A DNA stretch of 25,962 nucleotides from a virus (taxonomy: Duplodnaviria > Caudoviricetes). Every line of letters starts with the position of its first letter. The first letter of the stretch is position 1. The notes below the pieces were generated by a model. The model did no database searches. It was not told where the DNA came from and saw only the letters and a list, made by a program, of their open reading frames with translations. Location of the stretch: IMG/VR virus record IMGVR_UViG_3300046782_000832, positions 1-25,962 of that record; one strand, given 5' to 3'. Of this stretch, positions 8,569 to 16,227 are shown piece after piece. The position numbers and the translations under genes were made by a program.

Positions 8569-10796
8569 TGGACACCGAGATCCTCAACGAAGGCGACCCG
8601 AGCATCCCGGCAGCACCGGTAAGCTCGAGCGACACGACGCCGCCGGACGTGCCGCCTTCGCGTGCCGCGCTTGTCAAGCAGTGGCAGGACCGCATTCGCC
8701 GCGCCCAGAAATACTGGCGTCCGCGCTTCAAAAAGATGCGTAAGGCGCAGTACCTCTCGACCATGGGCGCGACCGAGGAGTGGGTGAAGGCCAACCGCTA
8801 TGTCGTCCCGGTGGTGGTCCGCTACATCAACCAGATCGTCGCGCAGCTCTACGCCAAGAACCCCAAGGCCACGGCGACGCGCAAGCGGCGCATGATGTAC
8901 AAGATCTGGGACGGGCAGCCTGAGTCCTTCATGGCGGCCATCCACTCGGTGCAGAACCCGCCGACTGATCCCACGACCGGGCAACCCATCGTCGATCCGA
9001 TGACCGGCCAGCCGGCGATCGACCCGAACGCGCTGGCGATCGTGCAGGAAATCCAGCAGGTCCAGCAATACAACCGCATGGTCGACGGCGCCGGCAAGAC
9101 GCTCGAGATTCTCTGGGACTATTTCCTCAAAGCCCAAGAGGTGAAGTTCAAGACCCAGTTCAAGTCTGCGCTGCGGCGCAGCAAAGTTACCGGCGTCGGC
9201 TACGTTAAACTGTGCTTTCAGAGGGTGCTGGAGCAGCGGCCGGAGATCGCCGCCCAGATCGACGATGTCACATCTCAGATATCGGCGCTGCAGCAGATGA
9301 TGGACGAGGTGACGGAAGGCGATATTCAGCCGGACGACGCCAAGATGGAGGAGCTCCGTCTTCTTCAAAAGCAATTGCAGGATCAGGCCTACATTGTCGT
9401 CCGCGAAGGTCCGGTGTTCGACTTCCCGGCCGCTCACGAGATCCTCATCGATCCCAAGTGCCGCAACCTCAAGACCTTTGCCGGCGCCCGCTGGGTGGCG
9501 CACTCTTTCGACTTGATGCCGGATGAGATCGAGGAAATCTACAAGGTCGACGTCGGTTCATCCTTCACGGCTTACACCGGGCCGAAGAACGACCAGGAGG
9601 GCGCCAGTCGTAGCGATATCATCGACGATTCGGATCGGCGCAACTCGACCGGCGGCAAGGACCAGGCCCGTGTCCATGAGATCCATGACCGCAAGCTCGG
9701 TCAGTGCATGGTGATCTGCGAGGGTTACCCGGACTTCCTTCGCGAGCCTGGCACCCCCGACGTCGTTCTCTCCCGCTTCTGGCCAATCTTCAGCCTCGTG
9801 TTCAACGAGCCCGAATCGGATGTCCAGATCCATCCTGAATCCGACGTGATGCTGCTGCGCGACACGCAGATGGCCTACAACGCGTCCCGGCAAGGGCTCA
9901 AGGAGCATCGCCAGGCGAACAAGCCGCGTTATTTCGCGCCGGCGGGAGCCGTGCAAGAAGAGGACAAGGTCAAGCTCGCGTCCTTCGCGACCGGCGCGCT
10001 GCTCGAGCTCCGCGGCCTGAAGCCTGGCCAGGACGTCAATAACCTCATCGCCCTGGGTAAGACCTTCCCCATCGATCCGCAGCAATACGAAGTGGAGGGC
10101 GCATTCAATGACATCCTGCGCACCGTCGGCTCTCAAGAAGCTAATATTGGCGGCTCTAGCTCGGATACGACGGCTACTCAATCGAGCATCGCGGAAGAAA
10201 GCCGAACCGCCGCCATCGCGGATAGTGTGGACGATCTCGATGACGTCCTCTCGGACCTCGCGCACGCGACCGGGGAGCTCATGCTCCTGAACATGTCGAA
10301 GGACATGGTGCTCGAGATCGTCGGGCCCGGCGCCGTATGGCCGGACATGCCGTCATCCCGAGAGGACATCTCCAAGGATCTCTACCTCGACGTCATGGCC
10401 GGTTCATCCGGGCGCCGCAACGCTTCCGCGGATCTTGCCAAATGGGAACGGGCGATGCCAATCGTGCTGCAAACTCCCGGCGGCAACCCGAAAGCCATCT
10501 GGACCAAGATCGCGCCGCTGCTCGACATGGACGTCGACGACGTCTTCCTCGCCGGCGCCCCCTCCATCGCCGCGCTCAACGCAGCCGCCGGCCAGGCGTC
10601 GCAGCCCGGCGCTGATCCCTCGCAGAACCCGAACGCGCAAGGCCCGCAAGGTCCGCAGAATGCGGCGCGCCCGCAAGGCCCGGTGACTACGAGGCCGCAG
10701 CCGCAATTCCCCGGCCAGCGCCCGCCGCTGACCGGACCAGGTCATAACGTGCCGACTCCGACTGCCGGGCCCGTGCCTGGAAGTGCGGCTGCTTGA
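8565..10796 (+). CDS. Portal protein (podovirus/P22-like size)
   Basis: 743 aa (start 8565 or 8568), between terL and scaffold. Helical N-terminal region, GVGYVK beta-strand motif, TTATQSSIAEE tunnel-helix motif, low-complexity P/Q/G tail. Confidence 0.88.
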   Translation: MMDTEILNEGDPSIPAAPVSSSDTTPPDVPPSRAALVKQWQDRIRRAQKYWRPRFKKMRKAQYLSTMGATEEWVKANRYVVPVVVRYINQIVAQLYAKNPKATATRKRRMMYKIWDGQPESFMAAIHSVQNPPTDPTTGQPIVDPMTGQPAIDPNALAIVQEIQQVQQYNRMVDGAGKTLEILWDYFLKAQEVKFKTQFKSALRRSKVTGVGYVKLCFQRVLEQRPEIAAQIDDVTSQISALQQMMDEVTEGDIQPDDAKMEELRLLQKQLQDQAYIVVREGPVFDFPAAHEILIDPKCRNLKTFAGARWVAHSFDLMPDEIEEIYKVDVGSSFTAYTGPKNDQEGASRSDIIDDSDRRNSTGGKDQARVHEIHDRKLGQCMVICEGYPDFLREPGTPDVVLSRFWPIFSLVFNEPESDVQIHPESDVMLLRDTQMAYNASRQGLKEHRQANKPRYFAPAGAVQEEDKVKLASFATGALLELRGLKPGQDVNNLIALGKTFPIDPQQYEVEGAFNDILRTVGSQEANIGGSSSDTTATQSSIAEESRTAAIADSVDDLDDVLSDLAHATGELMLLNMSKDMVLEIVGPGAVWPDMPSSREDISKDLYLDVMAGSSGRRNASADLAKWERAMPIVLQTPGGNPKAIWTKIAPLLDMDVDDVFLAGAPSIAALNAAAGQASQPGADPSQNPNAQGPQGPQNAARPQGPVTTRPQPQFPGQRPPLTGPGHNVPTPTAGPVPGSAAA

Positions 10797-10837
10797 CTTG
10801 AAACTTGAAAAAGCCGACATTCCTTTAATTCAAGAGG
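10792..10837 (+). promoter_or_regulatory. AT-rich intergenic element with tandem CTTGA(AA) repeats and an inverted copy overlapping the scaffold RBS; candidate promoter/operator
   Basis: CTTGA-CTTGAAA-CTTGAAA (10792-10810), TTCAAG (10829-10834), AAGAGG RBS (10832-10837). One of only two intergenic gaps >40 nt. Spacing to a -10 hexamer is not canonical. Confidence 0.35.
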
Positions 10838-10842
10838 CGTAA

Positions 10843-11838
10843 ATGCCAGAGGGTATCGACCTCACCCCACAAGAACCGGCCGATGTCACGCCGACGGAGC
10901 CGGCTACCGACGTTACTGTGGACTCGTCACCCGAACAGGGCGGGCCTTCTGTCCTCGATAGCGTAAAATCCGCGCTTGAAGCTCAGAAGACCGGAAGCGG
11001 AGCCTCGCCCGATCCGCAGCGCCAGGATCCGGCCGCCCAGGTCGACCCGGCCAAGGCAGTGGACGCCGTAGGCAATGCCGACTTATCACCGGACGAGCTC
11101 AAGCGTCTCAATCGAAAGACCCAGGAGCGCATCCGCTTTCTGATCGGCGAAAGCAAGACGGCCAACGAGCGAGCCACTACCTTCGCTCAGCAAGCCAAGG
11201 CTTTCGGCGAGGTCCAGAACTTCTTCCGCGAGGGCGGTTACACGCCCGAGCAAGTCGTTCAGGCCATCGAGTTCGTGAAGAACCTGAAAGTCAATCCTGA
11301 CGCCGCGTGGGATTACGTGGTGGCCCGTGCGAAAGAGCTGGCCGAGTTCAAGGGCCTGCTGCTTTCGCCGCAGCTCGAGGACCGTGTCCAGAGAGGCTTT
11401 CTGACACGAGAGGATGCGCAACAGCTAGCAGCCGCCCAGGCCTCCGCGAGGAGAGCAACTGAGACGACTGCCGAGCAGCGTCAGCGAGCCGAGCAGCTCC
11501 GGCAGGAGCACATGCAAGGCCAGCTTGTCACGATGGGGACTCAGACTGCCACGGCATGGGAAAGTGAAAGGGCGCGTACGGACCCGGATTGGGCTTTGAA
11601 GCAGCCTCATGTCTTTATGCGCGTCGAAAATGCTCTGCTGAAAAACGGAACGCCGAGGTCGCCGCAAGACGTGCGGCAGATGCTCGACACCATCTACAAG
11701 CAGGTTTCCGACGAGCTTTCAAAGCTGCGGCCGGCACCACGAGCGATGACCGGTCTGCGTGGGGTTGCTTCGCAACGAGATGGCGTAGCTGAGCCAAAGA
11801 CGGCTCTAGAAGCCGCAAGGCTTGCGCTGGCTCGATAG
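10843..11838 (+). CDS. Capsid scaffolding protein
   Basis: 331 aa with an acidic/Pro-rich disordered N-terminus, coiled-coil-like core and short C-terminal amphipathic helix. Between portal and capsid; RBS AAGAGG. Confidence 0.8.
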   Translation: MPEGIDLTPQEPADVTPTEPATDVTVDSSPEQGGPSVLDSVKSALEAQKTGSGASPDPQRQDPAAQVDPAKAVDAVGNADLSPDELKRLNRKTQERIRFLIGESKTANERATTFAQQAKAFGEVQNFFREGGYTPEQVVQAIEFVKNLKVNPDAAWDYVVARAKELAEFKGLLLSPQLEDRVQRGFLTREDAQQLAAAQASARRATETTAEQRQRAEQLRQEHMQGQLVTMGTQTATAWESERARTDPDWALKQPHVFMRVENALLKNGTPRSPQDVRQMLDTIYKQVSDELSKLRPAPRAMTGLRGVASQRDGVAEPKTALEAARLALAR

Positions 11839-11856
11839 ACGATAAGGATCACATCT

Positions 11857-12891
11857 GTGCCTTTCACCCTTGCACAAATCGAGGGCGTGGCGAATTCGAC
11901 ATTGGACTTCTATATGCGCAAGGGCGGCTGGCGTGACCAGCACATCCAGGCGCGTCCGCTGTTGAGCAAGATGCGCGCCAAGCAAAAGACCATCCCAGGC
12001 GGCAAAGGCCTGGTGAGCTTGCCCGTCAATATGCAGGTCGAGTCAACCCTGCAGGGCTTCCAGTACGACGACACCGTCACTTACGGCTCTCCCAACAACA
12101 TCAAGCGCGTGACCGCCCCGTGGCGCCTGTTCCACGTCGGCATCAACATCACGATGCACGAGCTTCTCCATGATGGCATCTCCGTCGTCGACGATGTCGG
12201 AGACAAGACTGTCGAGCACACCGACCGTGAATTGACCATGCTCGTCAATATTCTCGAGTATAAAATCAAGGATATGCAGGAAGGCTTCGAAAGAGGCTTG
12301 AACGCTCTCTTCTGGCAGGACGGCACTCAATCCGCCCTCGCCTTCCCTGGCGTTCAAGGTTGGGTAAGCCCCACCCCGACCGTCGGCGTTGTTGGCGGCA
12401 TCGACGCCGCTTTGAATACGAAATGGCAGAATCGTGCGTCGACGGCGATCGCGCTCGGTGCTTCCGCGGCGACGCAAGCCGTTCTCCGCACACTCGACTT
12501 CGAGATCCCGCAGTTGCGCCGCTTCGGTGGCAACCCGAATATTGGTGTTGCCGGCTCGTCCATGATCGATCGCCTGAAGGCCGAATATCGCGCCAACGGC
12601 ACTTTCACGATGACCGGTTACGCCCAGAAGAAGGATCTCTCCGTCGGGGACATTCAGATCGGTAATATCGACATCTTCTACGATCCGACGCTCGATGATC
12701 TCAATCAGGCGAAATATCTCTACATCCTCGACATCGCCCGATTGACGCCGTTCGTTATCGAGGGCGAGGATGAGAAAGAGCACACGCCGCCGCGGCCAGA
12801 AGACAAGTATGTCTTCTACAAAGCGAAGACGTGGGTCGGTGGCATGATCGCAGATCAGCGTAATTGCCACGGCGTCTATGCTTTCCCGTAA
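11857..12891 (+). CDS. Major capsid protein (HK97 fold expected)
   Basis: 344 aa, GTG start with AAGGA RBS, follows the scaffold. Features typical of podoviral coat proteins (NALFWQDGT, VGGID...WQNR, IFYDPTLDD, RNCHGVY at the C-terminus). Confidence 0.88.
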   Translation: MPFTLAQIEGVANSTLDFYMRKGGWRDQHIQARPLLSKMRAKQKTIPGGKGLVSLPVNMQVESTLQGFQYDDTVTYGSPNNIKRVTAPWRLFHVGINITMHELLHDGISVVDDVGDKTVEHTDRELTMLVNILEYKIKDMQEGFERGLNALFWQDGTQSALAFPGVQGWVSPTPTVGVVGGIDAALNTKWQNRASTAIALGASAATQAVLRTLDFEIPQLRRFGGNPNIGVAGSSMIDRLKAEYRANGTFTMTGYAQKKDLSVGDIQIGNIDIFYDPTLDDLNQAKYLYILDIARLTPFVIEGEDEKEHTPPRPEDKYVFYKAKTWVGGMIADQRNCHGVYAFP

Positions 12892-12915
12892 CTCATAGCA
12901 GAAAGGAGGACTAAA

Positions 12916-13815
12916 ATGGCTTGGGATGTACTCTCAACAACCGTCTCCGCTGCTGTGCCAAACGGCGGAACGCTCACCTTCGCCTATCCCGCGGGCAAGA
13001 ACGCGGGCAATTACCGTGGCACCTATGGCCAAGAAATGTACGTGGAGGGCTTGCAGGTTCGAGCCTTCTGCCCGACCGACTTCTCGATCTCTTACGGCGC
13101 TTCCGTTGCCACCGTGACCTGGAATGGGGCAACCTCCATTCCGGCGAACACAACCTGCAAGCTGCAAGCCACCTATATCGGCTTCCTCGACGAGGAAGCG
13201 AACCGGCCCACGGCTTCCACCTTGCGGACGCAGGACTTCCTCACGGTGTTCGTTGATTTTGGCGCCTTGCCCACTGCGGTCACCAACCAGTTCGCTGCCG
13301 CGCAAGCGGTTGCGGGCGCCGCCAACCTGACGCTTGCCGCTGCGGCGAATCTCATCAATGCCCAGCCGGTCAATTGCCAGATCGTCTCGGCTTCCGCCGG
13401 CGACACCACGCAGACGGCGACCGTCTTCGGCCTCGACGAATACGGTCAGGTGATGACCGAGCGCCTGACCCTCAACGGCACGTCGCCGGTGCTGGGCAAG
13501 AAAGCCTTCAAGTCTATCACCCGCATCGCCATGTCGGCGGCGACCGCGGGCAACGTCTCAGCTGGTTTTGGCAAGGTCTACGGGCTTCCCGTCTATCTGC
13601 CCATGCCGGCGCTTGCCATCCGCGAATTGCAGGATGGTGCGATCCCGACGGCGGGTGTCTTCGTCGCTGGTGACAATTCACTGCCGACGAACACCACCGG
13701 CGATGTTCGCGGCACCTGGACGCCTAATGCCACGCCCAACGGAACCATTAACTTTTCCGTTGTGCTAGCTATCCCATCGGCCCGTTATCCAGGGCTGGCT
13801 CAGAGCACGACGTAA
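12916..13815 (+). CDS. Probable capsid decoration/minor capsid protein
   Basis: 299 aa, beta/Ala/Thr-rich, directly after the MCP, with the strongest RBS in the window (AAAGGAGG). C-terminal TTGDVRGTWTP motif. Confidence 0.6.
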   Translation: MAWDVLSTTVSAAVPNGGTLTFAYPAGKNAGNYRGTYGQEMYVEGLQVRAFCPTDFSISYGASVATVTWNGATSIPANTTCKLQATYIGFLDEEANRPTASTLRTQDFLTVFVDFGALPTAVTNQFAAAQAVAGAANLTLAAAANLINAQPVNCQIVSASAGDTTQTATVFGLDEYGQVMTERLTLNGTSPVLGKKAFKSITRIAMSAATAGNVSAGFGKVYGLPVYLPMPALAIRELQDGAIPTAGVFVAGDNSLPTNTTGDVRGTWTPNATPNGTINFSVVLAIPSARYPGLAQSTT

Positions 13816-14045
13816 TGGAGGAAATCGCCACGGCGCTTGTCTACAACGACAACATGTATGTGTTCATGCGCCGTGGCGATATCTACCGAATGATCACCGA
13901 CGATCCGTCCGGCATGTACAAGGCGGAACGCCTGTTCTCTTTCTACGAGGTCGTTGGCTCCATCCAGCGGCCTTCGTCCGATGTCGACACGACCCTGCCG
14001 GAACCCATCGTCAAGGCGCCTGTGGCCCCGGAGATCACACCATGA
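13815..14045 (+). CDS. Hypothetical protein
   Basis: 76 aa; TAATG overlap at the start and ATGA overlap at the end. Confidence 0.65.
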   Translation: MEEIATALVYNDNMYVFMRRGDIYRMITDDPSGMYKAERLFSFYEVVGSIQRPSSDVDTTLPEPIVKAPVAPEITP

Positions 14046-14449
14046 AATTGTACAACGCCTTCGTTCACCTCGTGGGCACCGGCATCAACCACGAGATCGT
14101 CAAGAAGGGCATCACGGCCAGTGAGATTAAGATCCTGAAGACCATTCATGGCGAGGATGCCGTGACCGACATCACGCCCGCCAAGAACGAGGTCACCGAT
14201 TTCGTCAACATCGACGAGTTTGCGCTCCCCGAGCAGAAGGGCAAGCCATTTCAGCTCGCCGTCGCCGAGGTCGAGCGCACCGAGGCCGAGGAGCGGGAGC
14301 GCTTAGGCAACATCTACGGATCACGGGTCATCACCCAGGTCTTCGGCGCACCGGTCGCCAAGATCATGGACGACATCGTGCTGCCGGCCGCGCCGCAAGG
14401 ACCGGCGCCCATCAAGCGCACCGCGCATGGCCGCGAGGTCGTGTCGTGA
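14042..14449 (+). CDS. Hypothetical head-module protein
   Basis: 135 aa; GGAG RBS, overlapped at both ends; globular-looking N-terminus (ITASEIKILKTIHGEDAV). Confidence 0.7.
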   Translation: MKLYNAFVHLVGTGINHEIVKKGITASEIKILKTIHGEDAVTDITPAKNEVTDFVNIDEFALPEQKGKPFQLAVAEVERTEAEERERLGNIYGSRVITQVFGAPVAKIMDDIVLPAAPQGPAPIKRTAHGREVVS

Positions 14450-14940
14450 CCACCATAGGCGAACGCGTCCGGTATTACCCGGCTGCGGACGAGCCGGCCG
14501 GCAGCGACGGCAAGAACCCTCTCGCCGGCATCGTCGCCTATGTGCATGAATCCGGCGCCGTGAACCTCGGCGTGCTCGACATGTACGGGCACATGTATTC
14601 GCGCACTGAGGTGCCCGTCGTTCCCGAGACCGAGAAGCCGCCGGACACCGGGGGCTATTGCAGGCTGATCGTGGAGCCGGCGGCAGCCAAGCCGCACAAG
14701 CAGACGGAGCCAAAGCCCGAGCCAAAACCCGAGATGAAAGTCGTCAAGCCTACGCAACGTTTTCGAGATTGGGTCAAGGAAGGAGAGGCCGAAATGCCAT
14801 TGAAAAAAGGCACTAGCAACAAGACGGTCTCGTCGAACATCAAGACCGAGATGGCGCACGGCAAGCCGCAGAAACAGGCAGTCGCCATCGCCATGAGGAC
14901 TGCGGGCCGGCCGAAGCCGGCCGCCAAGCGAGGGAAGTGA
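14446..14940 (+). CDS. Two-module hypothetical protein: small beta domain, Pro/Lys/Glu linker, basic MPLKKG...QAVAIA module
   Basis: 164 aa; GTGA overlap, GAGGT RBS. Confidence 0.7.
   Translation: MTTIGERVRYYPAADEPAGSDGKNPLAGIVAYVHESGAVNLGVLDMYGHMYSRTEVPVVPETEKPPDTGGYCRLIVEPAAAKPHKQTEPKPEPKPEMKVVKPTQRFRDWVKEGEAEMPLKKGTSNKTVSSNIKTEMAHGKPQKQAVAIAMRTAGRPKPAAKRGK
14794..14940 (+). CDS. Probable nested in-frame 48-aa basic protein (MPLKKGTSNKTVSSNIKTEMAHGKPQKQAVAIAMRTAGRPKPAAKRGK)
   Basis: Strong internal RBS AAGGAAGGAGAGG ending 5 nt before the in-frame ATG at 14794. From recall, the sequence resembles a common stand-alone small phage protein. Confidence 0.6.
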   Translation: MPLKKGTSNKTVSSNIKTEMAHGKPQKQAVAIAMRTAGRPKPAAKRGK

Positions 14941-14941
14941 C

Positions 14942-15247
14942 ATGGCCAAAGAGCCCGAAGCAAAGCCCAATGTGATTGTGCCGCCGCCCCCTGTGAATCA
15001 GCCCCATGTGGATGGCGGCCCTCTGCCGGACAGGCCCAACGAGAAGCCGATCGACGTCGTGCCGCCGGAAGAGCCCAAGCCCGCAGAGGAGCCGGTGAAG
15101 ACTGAAGAGGCCGCGCCGCAGGAAGAGCCGCCAGCACCCCCGCCGGAACCACCGGCGCCGCCGCCGCCAGTCCCGTCAGCTCCTAAAGAGCCGGTTCACA
15201 AAGAGCCAGCTCATAAAGGGCCAGCTGCAAAGGGACATCCCAAATGA
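14942..15247 (+). CDS. Pro/Glu/Lys-rich disordered protein
   Basis: 101 aa; TGAcATG start with GAGG upstream, ATGA overlap at the end; poly-Pro tracts. Confidence 0.6.
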   Translation: MAKEPEAKPNVIVPPPPVNQPHVDGGPLPDRPNEKPIDVVPPEEPKPAEEPVKTEEAAPQEEPPAPPPEPPAPPPPVPSAPKEPVHKEPAHKGPAAKGHPK

Positions 15248-15474
15248 TCGAGACGCTCATCTATCTCGTCATCTACATCCTCGTCCTTGGCATCGTTCTG
15301 TGGCTGTTGCTCTATGTCATCGATATGCTTCCGCTACCCGCGCCTTTCCCACAGGTGGCAAAGACCATCGTCATCGTCATCGCCTGTCTGATACTGATCG
15401 TCATGCTGCTGTCGCTGGTCGGTGGCATCAAGCCTCTCAGACTAGGCTGCGATAGCTTTCCGGCAATCGGCTAG
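15244..15474 (+). CDS. Small two-TM membrane protein (possible holin-like; function unproven)
   Basis: 76 aa; two long hydrophobic stretches separated by the Pro-rich turn LPLPAPFP. Confidence 0.7.
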   Translation: MIETLIYLVIYILVLGIVLWLLLYVIDMLPLPAPFPQVAKTIVIVIACLILIVMLLSLVGGIKPLRLGCDSFPAIG

Positions 15475-15516
15475 GTGCAGGGAGATTCCGATACCGCCTG
15501 CACCTCCCTCTATTTG
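15473..15516 (+). terminator. Stem-loop at the head/tail module boundary; possible weak terminator or processing site
   Basis: Perfect 9-bp inverted repeat AGGTGCAGG (15473-15481) / CCTGCACCT (15497-15505) with a 15-nt loop, followed by CCCTCTATTTG. The U-tract is poor. Confidence 0.4.
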
Positions 15517-15531
15517 TGATGGTTGTGATCC

Positions 15532-16227
15532 TTGAGAAACCGACCTTTCCTCGAGCTTCGTCAGGGACTGCGCGACGAGCTCGGTCGCAGCACGGATCCT
15601 GCGGTCGGGCCCGACGACATCCCGCGCCTGAACTGGGCTCTCAATCGTGCCTATGAGAAATTGTGGAAAGCCACCAATTGGAAGCACCTCGAATCTACCT
15701 TCACGCCCTTCGTCGCTAATGCCGGGCAGCAGTTCTTCTCCCTGCCCGCTGGTTGTGATTCAACCCGTATCCTCGAGGTGCGCAATTTCTGGGGATCCTC
15801 CAACACCCCTGTTCCACGTGGAATAGGTTTTCGCGAATATGCGATCTGGGATTCATACGCCGCCGCGCGCGGCGGTAACCCCGTCTCCCGCTACGACATC
15901 AAGTGGGTCAACGGCATCGAGATGATGGAGTTGTGGCCGATCTCCAACGACAACGGCCAGCGGATCTACGTCCAGGGCATCGTCTCGATAACACCTCTCG
16001 TCGCCGACACCGACATCTGCCTTCTTGACGATAAGCTGGTCGTGCTGCAGGCCGCTTGCCGCTTCATCACCAACCAATTGGTCCTGCAGGAAATGAAGCT
16101 CGAGCTTTCCGAGCTCTATACCGACGAGATCGCCAACGCGGCATCCGACCGGCGCACCGTCGCCATCAACGGCGAGCTTCCCTCACAAGTTCCCAATCGC
16201 GTGGTATTACGCGTCCAGGGCGCCTAG
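15532..16227 (+). CDS. Head-tail adaptor (tail tubular protein A-like)
   Basis: 231 aa, TTG start (uncertain). Helix-helix-W, beta insert, C-terminal helix layout (LNWALNRAYEKLW...W; FFSLPAG; LLDDKLVVLQAA). Directly upstream of the nozzle. Confidence 0.75.
   Translation: MRNRPFLELRQGLRDELGRSTDPAVGPDDIPRLNWALNRAYEKLWKATNWKHLESTFTPFVANAGQQFFSLPAGCDSTRILEVRNFWGSSNTPVPRGIGFREYAIWDSYAAARGGNPVSRYDIKWVNGIEMMELWPISNDNGQRIYVQGIVSITPLVADTDICLLDDKLVVLQAACRFITNQLVLQEMKLELSELYTDEIANAASDRRTVAINGELPSQVPNRVVLRVQGA

Noticed and set aside
8960-9030. DPxTGQP tandem motif, and the P/Q-rich tail of the portal
   Set aside because: Low-complexity loop and tail features common in portals; no evidence of intein or other insertion motifs.
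12880-12918. T7 10A/10B-style frameshift extension of the capsid protein at CTTTCCCG
   Set aside because: Not a canonical slippery heptamer. The next gene is in the same frame and has its own strong RBS.
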